In this document: piece after piece, positions 8,842 through 17,204 of the stretch
Numbering within the stretch: position 1 is the first letter of the stretch
Layout: each line of letters opens with the position of its first letter
DNA from: Candidatus Saccharimonadota bacterium
GTDB lineage: Bacteria > Patescibacteriota > Saccharimonadia > Saccharimonadales > Saccharimonadaceae
NCBI GenBank assembly: GCA_028289015.1
Contig: JAQGHC010000015.1
Location: 9,210 to 73,209, forward strand
DNA: 64,000 nucleotides
Reading direction: 5' to 3'
The notes under the pieces: model-generated
What the model was told of the DNA's origin: nothing
The model's input: the letters and a program-made list of their open reading frames with translations, nothing else
The model's database searches: none
Program-made: the position numbers and the translations under genes

Positions 8842-9423
8842 ATGACAGAAACATTGAATCGTAAACCTCAAATCGAACTGCCAACACCGACACAACTGCG
8901 TCGTTTCGCTGCTACTGCAATGGCAGCTGCGAATGCAAGTAACAAGCTCCACAAGAGGCAGGGATCTTACGAGCCAACCTTTGTGTGGGTTGATGCAAAA
9001 TACAACTTTCAAGACGGTAAGGCGGAGCAGTTTGAGCGACGATCTGGACGATTTGCGCGTCGGGTTTTAGATATCGTTCATGATAATGCGGAGAATGGCT
9101 TAGAGAAAATCGTACCTGCAGATCGCTGGAGTTTACGATACAGCGAACTTATACAGGATAATTTATATGGCAATGAATGGGTTGGCACATTAAAACGTTA
9201 TGCTTTTGAATGGGATAACTGGGGTACGATTGAATCCCGTTGCACAATAATGGATGCTTCTGCTATGCATAAGAATAAAATCTTCCCTACAATAGACGAC
9301 GAAGGGAGTGTCGATACGGAGTTCACATCTCTTAACCCGTCAGTTCGTCATGCGATTGTAGGCAAAGAGCATTTCGGTGAGCTTATCGCTGGCGTTCGAT
9401 CGTATCGAGCAACGTTGGAATAA
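8842..9423 (+). CDS. hypothetical protein, paralog of 9457..10011
   Basis: It starts 4 nt after the metK stop. Shared motifs with the next ORF are GRFARRVLDIV / GVRMGRRVINAV, KRYAFEWDNW / TKYKFEWNKK and a similar C-terminal F..LI....Y pattern. Confidence 0.6.
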   Translation: MTETLNRKPQIELPTPTQLRRFAATAMAAANASNKLHKRQGSYEPTFVWVDAKYNFQDGKAEQFERRSGRFARRVLDIVHDNAENGLEKIVPADRWSLRYSELIQDNLYGNEWVGTLKRYAFEWDNWGTIESRCTIMDASAMHKNKIFPTIDDEGSVDTEFTSLNPSVRHAIVGKEHFGELIAGVRSYRATLE

Positions 9424-9456
9424 TTATTAGAAAATAATGCAAAAAGTAAAGGGCAT

Positions 9457-10011
9457 ATGAGTTATCGCGAATCACCACCTGCAGTCAATCAATTGGAGAA
9501 ACTCGCTTTGATCGGTGGAACTCGTCCGCGTAAAGCGGCGTACGGGGCGTCTTTGCATGAGCAGGAGAAATACTTTGCAATCGATAGCCTCGATTCAATT
9601 GTCGTACGCGGAGAAGACGAAAATTTAGAAAGCGTGCGTCATAGTATGGGGGTTCGAATGGGACGGAGGGTGATTAATGCCGTCAACGAGGTGTGTCGAT
9701 TGGAGTATGTTGAAGCATACCATGTTGAGTGCGAGACGCATCAGCAGATTAAATCGGTGACGAAATACAAATTCGAATGGAATAAAAAAGAAGTCCTATT
9801 GGCACGTAGAGCTACTTTATTGACGACTAGTCAGGAGAGGGGGTATATCCGAAATATTGGTGATACAGTCCTTAATTTTTATGTTCCCGATGATGCCGCC
9901 TCGATTCTTGACGCGGAAATAGCCTGCGCCGAGGTGACCTACGATGACTGCGAGCAGTTCATTAAAGATACAAACGCATATTACAAACACGTTAACCTCG
10001 TGAACCGGTAG
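9457..10011 (+). CDS. hypothetical protein, paralog of 8842..9423
   Basis: See the shared motifs listed for 8842..9423. No TM segment or signal peptide. Confidence 0.6.
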   Translation: MSYRESPPAVNQLEKLALIGGTRPRKAAYGASLHEQEKYFAIDSLDSIVVRGEDENLESVRHSMGVRMGRRVINAVNEVCRLEYVEAYHVECETHQQIKSVTKYKFEWNKKEVLLARRATLLTTSQERGYIRNIGDTVLNFYVPDDAASILDAEIACAEVTYDDCEQFIKDTNAYYKHVNLVNR

Positions 10012-10061
10012 CGATGTTCTATTGCATGATCGTAAAAAAGTAGGTATAATACTTTCCATTA

Positions 10062-10589
10062 ATGAGTAAATCTGTTGGTGAACCACTGCCGGAGCCTGAA
10101 CCTGAACCCGAACCCGAACCTTCTCCTTATCAAGATGCGTTATTTAGCGCACATGACGAACTGCAGATATACCCACCGTACCCTCAATACGTAAATACAA
10201 CCCGAGAATTTGAGGTGCGACTATTCGATGATTTCGAAAGCATTGAAATTGAGGCGACGCTTTATGGAGATTTAGTGAAGAAATATATCGATTTAGATAA
10301 GGATGATCAGTTTGAACTGGCTGATCGAATCGAGCATGCGATTGGTCGGACGGCGAGTAGACTGCTTGGTGAGGATTCAGGATTCGCATGCAAGCGCGAG
10401 ACGGTCGTATTGATCAATAATCTACCAGTTATATTTGAACCGGCTAATAATGCCATGCTTGTGGGGCGGTGGGGAGATCAAGGGAAAAACAAGATGAACA
10501 TCCGATCTGAATTTATCGAGGATCGAAACCAGCAACGACTGCTACTTGGTGGGCTGGCGGCTTTTGTGACGTATCTTGAACAACGATAA
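10062..10589 (+). CDS. hypothetical acidic protein with N-terminal (PE)n repeat
   Basis: ORF with TATAAT at 10045-10050. It has an LPEPEPEPEPEPSP repeat. There is weak similarity to the two upstream ORFs (IGRTASRLL; C-terminal GGLAAFVTYLEQ). Confidence 0.5.
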   Translation: MSKSVGEPLPEPEPEPEPEPSPYQDALFSAHDELQIYPPYPQYVNTTREFEVRLFDDFESIEIEATLYGDLVKKYIDLDKDDQFELADRIEHAIGRTASRLLGEDSGFACKRETVVLINNLPVIFEPANNAMLVGRWGDQGKNKMNIRSEFIEDRNQQRLLLGGLAAFVTYLEQR

Positions 10590-10657
10590 CCATCTTCATA
10601 TTTTGTCAAACATGGGATAAGATAGAAGGAATTGTTAATAAAAACGAAAGTTAGAAT

Positions 10658-11644
10658 ATGGAACCTGAAACAGAAACACGCGACACCACGGATATTTTTT
10701 TGTGGGCAAATAATACCGATGGTATTAAAAAAGAACTAGATGTTGAATTCTTTTTGTTCAACAAAAACTACACGCCGTATAGCACGAATTTCATGAGTGA
10801 TTTGAACGCTCAGATCAAGCCATTATTTTTGTATGACATGATCAATTTTGTTAACCTTGGCGCTGGTACGGGCTTGTCGGTTCGCGACTTCGAGCTGTCC
10901 GAAACGGAAGAAAACACCTTGCTTCGCACCGATCTTGAAAACGTGGGTCGTGCCGAAACATTGATTCATCTGATCGAAAATGAACGTCACGATATTGTTG
11001 AATTCAGCCAAGAAGAGCATGAATTCAAGCGCGTAAAGGGTATCGTTGCGCGTTTTACGCACAAAGATGATCCAAAGAAGGCATTCTATGCCGTTAAGGC
11101 GATTAGCCAGGGCGGGGTCTTAAACGGTGCAACGTCATGGGAATTCCGTGATGGTAAGTTCGGTGCATTCCAGGCCGATGTTGGGTTGAAGATGCCAACT
11201 GATAACCAGGTGCTGATTATTGATAAAGATATCTTTGTCTTCAACCAAAGCAAGTTCGAGCGGTTGTTTAACTACGACTACAAAAAGCAACTGCTTGCTG
11301 ATCAAAAAGTCGAAGAAATTCTGAAGCATTTCAAATTGAGCTTCCCGGATGGTCTAGACCTGCAAAGTCTGGTCCGCGAACGTAAAAAAATCGTCAACAA
11401 ATTGCAAAAGATGGAAATCGGCGAAGTCACGCAGGAACAGGCACTTGAATACGCCGATACCATGCAGCTGGAATTGATGTCTGACGATGCCGGTGCGATT
11501 ATTATCATGGACGGCAATGATCTTGATACATTCGTGAACTTGATTAACGAAGATTACATTACTAGTGAAATTACCGGCAAGCGCTTTGAGATCAAAAGCA
11601 AGAAGTTACTGGGCGAGCCAGACGGCGAACCGCCACGAGGTTAA
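10658..11644 (+). CDS. DUF4868/KwaB-like protein (tentative)
   Basis: 328 aa and soluble. The central motif VLIIDKDIFVFNQSKFERLFNYDYKK and the C-terminal LDTFVNLINEDYITSEITGKRFEIKSKK match my recollection of the DUF4868 (Kiwa KwaB) family layout. This was not verified by a search. Confidence 0.45.
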   Translation: MEPETETRDTTDIFLWANNTDGIKKELDVEFFLFNKNYTPYSTNFMSDLNAQIKPLFLYDMINFVNLGAGTGLSVRDFELSETEENTLLRTDLENVGRAETLIHLIENERHDIVEFSQEEHEFKRVKGIVARFTHKDDPKKAFYAVKAISQGGVLNGATSWEFRDGKFGAFQADVGLKMPTDNQVLIIDKDIFVFNQSKFERLFNYDYKKQLLADQKVEEILKHFKLSFPDGLDLQSLVRERKKIVNKLQKMEIGEVTQEQALEYADTMQLELMSDDAGAIIIMDGNDLDTFVNLINEDYITSEITGKRFEIKSKKLLGEPDGEPPRG

Positions 11645-11650
11645 CAAAAA

Positions 11651-11678
11651 AATACCAGCTATCGCAGCTGGTATTTTT
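11651..11678 (+). terminator. intrinsic terminator
   Basis: ATACCAGCT-atcgc-AGCTGGTAT followed by TTTTT, immediately after the 10658..11644 stop. Confidence 0.8.
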
Positions 11679-11817
11679 AGTAAGCGAAATGAAGTCGGTC
11701 CCTGTTTCATTCTGCCTATGCTTGCTTTAGGGGTTAAAAAAGTATTAAATAGCGAACGAGCGATGATTGTCGCAAGAATGTCCATTTTGTGTCGCCACGA
11801 GAGATGAGGGTTACGGG

Positions 11818-12117
11818 ATGCCGCACATTAAGGTTTCATATCCAATAATCGCGCTTGAACTGACTGATGTGCCGAAGGGGAGTGCTAAGAAGCTGCGTAA
11901 GCTTCTAGGCAAGTATCTTAAGGCTCGCGGCATTAATGCACGCGTGGGGTACTCCGAAGTTGATAGTGCCATACGTATTTATATTAAATCGATGAGCGAG
12001 TCGACAAACGCCTGCAATGCGCTGATACAGGACACGATCCTCGTATTGGAGGGCGGTATTACGAATTGCAAGTCAATCAGCACAAAGAAGGGGCGTATCA
12101 TTAGTTGGTCACGCTGA
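11818..12117 (+). CDS. hypothetical protein
   Basis: ORF only. ATG 11818 is preceded by a GAGGG SD-like element. The listed longer ORF from 11767 lacks one. Confidence 0.4.
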   Translation: MPHIKVSYPIIALELTDVPKGSAKKLRKLLGKYLKARGINARVGYSEVDSAIRIYIKSMSESTNACNALIQDTILVLEGGITNCKSISTKKGRIISWSR

Positions 12118-12150
12118 CGATCACCACTATGAGTCTCGTCTGATCTAGTC

Positions 12151-12193
12151 GAACTGTCGACCGAAGAAACTATACCTCTTCGGTCGACAGTTC
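12151..12193. terminator. 16-bp perfect hairpin between convergent genes
   Basis: GAACTGTCGACCGAAG (12151-12166) pairs with CTTCGGTCGACAGTTC (12178-12193) around an 11-nt loop. There is no clear U-tract on either strand. Confidence 0.5.
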
Positions 12194-12228
12194 CTGGGGG
12201 GACGGGCTCTTTTCATATCTAAGGTAAA

Positions 12229-12759
12229 TTATGAGTCTAGCGCGCAGAGTAGTACGCCGTTGCCATTATCCCAAACGTAATATGTTGGGGCTGGGCAGTC
12301 ACTGGCGCCGCCCTTAAGAATAGTAATGATGATGTAGCCAGTTGGCCATATGCCCATATATGGTCCGACAATACCACTTATCGGGGTACGATCTCCAGTC
12401 GGGAGCTTACCGACTTTTTTAATCTCAGCCATGAGCGCCGCATTATCGTTCTCATGATATGTATACGTCGGTGAGTTAAGTTGATAGTCTCTACACTCAC
12501 CGCCAGCAATGCCATCTCCGTCAGGAAAGCCCGATCCTAAACAGTAGTCGGCAATGGGAACCGGAGGGTAGCTGTCGTATGTCGCTTTATACACCTCCAA
12601 TAGTTTTTTCCATGCCACTGCCTCGTTTGTCTTCGACATGTTGGCCGCCTTGGTTTGGATGCCGTTGAAAGCCACAATCGTTATTGAGGCAAGAATGCCA
12701 ACGACGACGATCACAATTAATAATTCTATAATTGTAAATCCACGCGATGGCTTCTTCAT
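12229..12759 (-). CDS. type IV pilin-like protein
   Basis: MKKPSRG|FTIIELLIVIVVVGILASITIVAF is a class III signal. The start is taken at the second in-frame ATG (12759), because a TGcTAAAAT -10 box (12778-12770) overlaps the first ATG (12771). Paralog of 617..1165. Confidence 0.85.
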   Translation of the reverse strand: MKKPSRGFTIIELLIVIVVVGILASITIVAFNGIQTKAANMSKTNEAVAWKKLLEVYKATYDSYPPVPIADYCLGSGFPDGDGIAGGECRDYQLNSPTYTYHENDNAALMAEIKKVGKLPTGDRTPISGIVGPYMGIWPTGYIIITILKGGASDCPAPTYYVWDNGNGVLLCALDS

Positions 12760-12869
12760 ATTATCAGTCATTTTAGCATACGGCCGCTGAAATCACTAGT
12801 GCTTTTTAGCACGTAGCGGCCGTATCTTCTATCGCGCCTATGCTACGAAAAGTGCTATACTGATAAGTA

Positions 12870-14393
12870 ATGAATCAGGGGTTAGCGCTAGAGATTATGC
12901 TTTCGGGAGAAAGCGTGCTACTTACCGGGCCAGCGGGCGCCGGTAAAACTTTTGTATTGAATCAATTTATTAAACTTGCCAAAGCCGATGGCAAACATGT
13001 GTCTGTTACAGCAACGACAGGCCTAGCGGCGACGCATCTTGGCGGGACGACAATTCATAGTTGGTCTGGTATAGGTGTATCTGATCATTTGCCTCAAGGG
13101 TTTGCTGATCATGTCGCCAAAGGTCGCCGTGAAATTATTGAAAAGACTGACGTGCTAATCATTGACGAAATCTCGATGTTACATGATTACCGCCTGGATA
13201 TGGTTGATGAGGCTTGCCGATTGGTTCGTCGCAAGGATGTGCCGTTTGGCGGCATCCAGGTAATTATGAGCGGTGACTTCTTTCAGCTACCTCCAATCAA
13301 TCGTGGTGACAGCAGGGCGGGTGGGTTTGTTGTTCATAGTGAAGTTTGGAAAGAGTTAGATCCGACAGTATGTTATTTGCAAGAGCAACACCGTCAAGAT
13401 GACCAAGAATTATTAGATATTCTGAACGCGCTGCGTGCTGGTGAGATACGCCGCCACCATGCCGAGCAATTATTAGCTCGCGTTGATCAATCTCCACCCG
13501 AAAACATGATGTTGACAGAATTACATACGGTAAATATCGACGTTGACCGTTTGAACGAAGTTAAGCTTGCAGAGCTTGGCGGTGACGAACTTTTTTATAC
13601 ACAAACGACGACCGGTAGCGAAGGTTACGTCGAGAACTTACAACGATCTGTGCTAGCTCCGGCGACATTGCGACTTAAAAAGGGCGCGTTAGTAATGGCA
13701 GTTAAAAATGCAACAGATCGACGGTATGCGAATGGCAGTATCGGCATGATTAGCGATTTTGATCCTGCGACCGAATATCCGATTGTCGAGTTCCGCAGTG
13801 GCCGTACGGTGACGATGCAGCCCGAGACATGGGAGCTGCGTGACGGTGATAAGAAGCGGGCAAGTATTTCACAAATCCCACTGCGTCTAGCGTGGGCGAT
13901 TACCGTTCATAAGTCACAGGGGATGACGCTCGATGCGGCGCGTATCGATCTGCGAAAAGCCTTCGTTGAGGGCATGGGCTACGTTGCACTTAGCCGAGTA
14001 AAAAATTTGAACAATCTTTACCTACACGGCATTAATCGCATGGCGCTACAGGTCAGTGAAGATGCCCAAACTATCGATGGCACATTACGTGGACGAGCAG
14101 CGAACGACAGTAAGAAATTCGCCCATCTTGCAGAGCAGGCGACGAAACGAGCGAGCGAGCCACCTAAGAAAGAGAAGGCCGCGCCTGGTTGGTCGGACAA
14201 GATTGCGAAGATGCGCGAAACGTATCCAAATGCCTACCGTCCATGGCAGTCGGCAGACGACGAGCAGCTCAAGCAGGATTTTCAAAATGGAGTTTCACTC
14301 AAGGACTTGAGTAAAAAACTTGGTCGTCATGAAGGAAGTGTGACGATGCGGCTGCAGAAGCATTTTGGTGAAGATATTGTCACGACGCAATAA
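12870..14393 (+). CDS. PIF1/RecD-like SF1B DNA helicase with C-terminal HTH-like tail
   Basis: Contains Walker A GPAGAGKT, IIDEISM, SGDFFQLPPI and VHKSQGMT. The ~110-aa tail ends in PWQSADDEQLKQDFQNGVSLKDLSKKLGRHEGSVTMRL. Confidence 0.8.
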   Translation: MNQGLALEIMLSGESVLLTGPAGAGKTFVLNQFIKLAKADGKHVSVTATTGLAATHLGGTTIHSWSGIGVSDHLPQGFADHVAKGRREIIEKTDVLIIDEISMLHDYRLDMVDEACRLVRRKDVPFGGIQVIMSGDFFQLPPINRGDSRAGGFVVHSEVWKELDPTVCYLQEQHRQDDQELLDILNALRAGEIRRHHAEQLLARVDQSPPENMMLTELHTVNIDVDRLNEVKLAELGGDELFYTQTTTGSEGYVENLQRSVLAPATLRLKKGALVMAVKNATDRRYANGSIGMISDFDPATEYPIVEFRSGRTVTMQPETWELRDGDKKRASISQIPLRLAWAITVHKSQGMTLDAARIDLRKAFVEGMGYVALSRVKNLNNLYLHGINRMALQVSEDAQTIDGTLRGRAANDSKKFAHLAEQATKRASEPPKKEKAAPGWSDKIAKMRETYPNAYRPWQSADDEQLKQDFQNGVSLKDLSKKLGRHEGSVTMRLQKHFGEDIVTTQ

Positions 14394-14477
14394 ATAGCGG
14401 AATTTTGCATGCCATAAGACGCCAATCATTGAGGTTGCACCCCAGCTAAGTTGAAAACTGTCGTATAATAGATACAT

Positions 14478-15740
14478 ATGCAAAAGAAACCCCAGCTGTC
14501 ATTTCCAAAAAAATTCTTGTGGGGTGCAGCAACAAGCGCACATCAAGTAGAGGGTAATACTCATAATCAGTGGACTGTCTGGGAATTTGAAAACACGATC
14601 GCGTTGGCGACTCGTGCAAGCTATCATTTTGAAGAATTGGAAAATTGGCCGCAAATAAAACTTGCAGCAAAAGATCCCAGTAACTATGTTTCCGCAAAGG
14701 GTGCCGATCACTACACCCGCTACGCGGAAGACTTTGACTTATTAAAAAATATGCAGATGAACGCGTTTCGTTTTAGTATCGAATGGTCGCGAGTTGAGCC
14801 GCAAGAAGGCGCATGGAACGTTGAAGCAATCGAGCATTACAAGCAGTATGTTAATGCATTGAAGCGACGCAACGTTGAGCCAATAGTGACATTGTTTCAT
14901 TTCACGCTGCCAGTTTGGTTTAGTGAAATAGGTGGGTTTGAAAAGCGTCGCAACGTAAAGTATTTCACACGGTTTGCAGAGAAGATTATCCGTGAGCTGG
15001 GCATAAGCGTTCGCTACGTGGTGACGATAAATGAGCCTGAGCTTTACGCCATTGAAAGTTATCTTGGCGGTCATTGGCCGCCAAACAAGACAAGTAAGTG
15101 GACAACTTGGCGCATGTTTAATAATCTGGCGTATGCCCACAATCAGGCGGCACGGACGATACATGCAATTAACCGACGGTATAAGGTATCGATCGCAAAA
15201 AATTCCTGTTATGTTTATGCAGGCGACAACGCGGTACTTAGCCGGTTTAGTGCCGCTGTTTTGCAATACATAAGAGATGATTATTTTTTGAAGAAAGTTG
15301 TCAAACAATGTGATTGGCTAGGAGTGAATTATTATTTTAGCGATAGAGTATATGGCTATCGAGTTCACAATCCCGACAAAAAGCTCAGCGATTTAGGCTG
15401 GGATCTTAGCCCAGAGAATATTCAGTATGCGCTTGAACGTTTGCATGAAAAGTACCAGTTGCCAATTATTATTACAGAAAACGGCCTCGCTGATGCCGAT
15501 GACAGCCAGCGACAGTGGTGGATTTCGCAAACACTGCTTGCAATGCATAGAGCAATGAAAAATGGTGTTAAACTTGAGGGGTATCTTCATTGGAGTTTAC
15601 TTGATAATTTCGAATGGGATAAAGGTTTTTGGCCACGATTCGGATTGATATCTGTCGATTACACCACAAAAAAACGGTCCTTGCGACCAAGTGCAGTATG
15701 GTATGGGAAAATTATTAAATACTTACGAGAAAATAACTAA
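14478..15740 (+). CDS. glycoside hydrolase family 1 (beta-glucosidase-like)
   Basis: Contains FLWGAATSAHQVEG, TINEP (acid/base Glu), ITENG (nucleophile Glu) and LLDNFEW. Confidence 0.9.
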   Translation: MQKKPQLSFPKKFLWGAATSAHQVEGNTHNQWTVWEFENTIALATRASYHFEELENWPQIKLAAKDPSNYVSAKGADHYTRYAEDFDLLKNMQMNAFRFSIEWSRVEPQEGAWNVEAIEHYKQYVNALKRRNVEPIVTLFHFTLPVWFSEIGGFEKRRNVKYFTRFAEKIIRELGISVRYVVTINEPELYAIESYLGGHWPPNKTSKWTTWRMFNNLAYAHNQAARTIHAINRRYKVSIAKNSCYVYAGDNAVLSRFSAAVLQYIRDDYFLKKVVKQCDWLGVNYYFSDRVYGYRVHNPDKKLSDLGWDLSPENIQYALERLHEKYQLPIIITENGLADADDSQRQWWISQTLLAMHRAMKNGVKLEGYLHWSLLDNFEWDKGFWPRFGLISVDYTTKKRSLRPSAVWYGKIIKYLRENN

Positions 15741-15742
15741 CT

Positions 15743-16786
15743 ATGAATGATCCGTTTGCTCCGAATGAAATTAAAATAACTGTCATCGGCGGGGGAACGG
15801 GTAGCTTTACGTTGCTATCTGCTTTAAAAAACCATACCCGACAGATTGCTGCCGTGGTGAATATGGTGGATGATGGTGGGAGCACTGGCGTGTTACGGGA
15901 TGAGCTGGGCGTTTTGCCTCCTGGTGATGTGCGCCAGTGCCTGGTAGCGCTGAGCGACTCACCAAAGATTCGTGATCTTTTTAATTACCGGTTTGATGAG
16001 GGGACGTTTCAGGGACATGCGTTTGGTAATCTATTATTGACGGCTCTCGAGAAGATGACTGGAAGTTTTAGCGAAGCTGTTGAAACGGCATCGGAGATTT
16101 TGCGTGTTAACGGTGTCGTGATTCCTGCGACTTTAGATAACGTCCGCTTAAAGATGGAGTGGGCAGAGGCAAGTACGATTTTACATGGCGAGCGTATTAT
16201 TGACGCAGACTTTTTTAAATATGACCCACGCAAAGCGAATCTATCACTTGTTCCTGCTGCACGCGCAAATCCAACTGCATTAGCGGCGATTCAGCAGGCA
16301 GACCTGATAGTCATCGCACCTGGTGACCTCTATACTTCACTTGGTCCGTTGCTTGCAATCAATGGCGTTGGGGAGGCCTTGCAAAAGACAGATGCGACAA
16401 TTATGTATGTCTCAAACCTTGTGACAAAGCAGGGACAAACTGCGGGATTTTGCGTTAGTGATCACGCGGCAGAGATCGAGCGGTTTATCGGCGGCGAAGT
16501 ATTAGACTACGTCCTCTACAACAAGCAAGTGCCAACGAACGAACTGGCGAGGCGCTACAAGCAAGAGCATGCATACCTTGTTGAAGTAGATAAAGAAGTA
16601 TTGGTGACTAAGAAGTATAAGTCTGTCGGCGGTAACTTTTTAGGCGCAGTTGTCGAAGAGCATGATAGTGACGTGCTACCGGTAACCAGGTCATTGATCC
16701 GTCATGACTCCGAAGCGATTGCTCGGGCGTTAATCGAATTATACGAAACCGCACGTGATCCGAACTTCAATTCTTTGTCGCTTTAG
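15743..16786 (+). CDS. yvcK: YvcK/CofD-family (UPF0052) protein
   Basis: Contains VIGGGTGSFTLL, VNMVDDGGSTGVLRDELGVLPPGDVRQC and IAPGDLYTSLGP. Confidence 0.8.
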   Translation: MNDPFAPNEIKITVIGGGTGSFTLLSALKNHTRQIAAVVNMVDDGGSTGVLRDELGVLPPGDVRQCLVALSDSPKIRDLFNYRFDEGTFQGHAFGNLLLTALEKMTGSFSEAVETASEILRVNGVVIPATLDNVRLKMEWAEASTILHGERIIDADFFKYDPRKANLSLVPAARANPTALAAIQQADLIVIAPGDLYTSLGPLLAINGVGEALQKTDATIMYVSNLVTKQGQTAGFCVSDHAAEIERFIGGEVLDYVLYNKQVPTNELARRYKQEHAYLVEVDKEVLVTKKYKSVGGNFLGAVVEEHDSDVLPVTRSLIRHDSEAIARALIELYETARDPNFNSLSL

Positions 16787-16818
16787 ATTACTAAATTACG
16801 GTTCGACAGTTTTTACTA

Positions 16819-16847
16819 TTGACAAAATATAAGCATTATGCTAAATT
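16819..16847 (+). promoter_or_regulatory. sigma70-type promoter
   Basis: TTGACA (16819-16824), a 17-bp spacer, then TGcTAAATT with the -10 at 16842-16847. The ATG follows 9 nt later. Confidence 0.55.
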
Positions 16848-16856
16848 AAAAGTATT

Positions 16857-17063
16857 ATGACAGATAAAACAAAAACAAACAATACAGTCGCCGAACCAAT
16901 CAATCATTCAGTAATTACTGATTTAGCAGCAAACCAAGATTTAAAACATTCAGTTTTGATCGTTTCTATCATTGTTAACTTGGTTGTCTTGACGACATGG
17001 GTTGCCTTGCAAGTGACAAGTCAGTACGACGCGCAAATAGCCAGCGTGTTATTTACACGATAA
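16857..17063 (+). CDS. small membrane protein, hypothetical
   Basis: 68-aa ORF with one TM helix (VLIVSIIVNLVVLTTWVALQV). It has its own promoter and terminator. Confidence 0.45.
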   Translation: MTDKTKTNNTVAEPINHSVITDLAANQDLKHSVLIVSIIVNLVVLTTWVALQVTSQYDAQIASVLFTR

Positions 17064-17082
17064 ACAACATTATTTTATAGCT

Positions 17083-17116
17083 AAAACACCACGCATATAC
17101 AATGTGTGGTGTTTTT
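17083..17116 (+). terminator. intrinsic terminator
   Basis: AAAACACCAC pairs with GTGGTGTTTT around a 13-nt loop, and the stem runs into a T-tract. Confidence 0.65.
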
Positions 17117-17140
17117 GTATACCCCCGTTACAAACGCCAG

Positions 17141-17162
17141 TTATCCACCATATTGTGGATAA
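17141..17162. promoter_or_regulatory. inverted pair of DnaA-box-like 9-mers
   Basis: TTATCCACC (17141-17149) and TGTGGATAA (17154-17162). The second is the reverse complement of the TTATCCACA consensus. The 8-bp arms TTATCCAC/GTGGATAA are perfectly inverted. Confidence 0.5.
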
Positions 17163-17204
17163 AGCGTAAGCGACGTGCAAATAATAAATAAAATAGGGCT
17201 TGTC

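Noticed and set aside
10086-10124. CCTGAACC(C/T)GAA tandem DNA repeat
   Set aside because: It is simply the coding sequence of a (Pro-Glu)n peptide repeat inside an ORF. It is not a CRISPR or satellite repeat.
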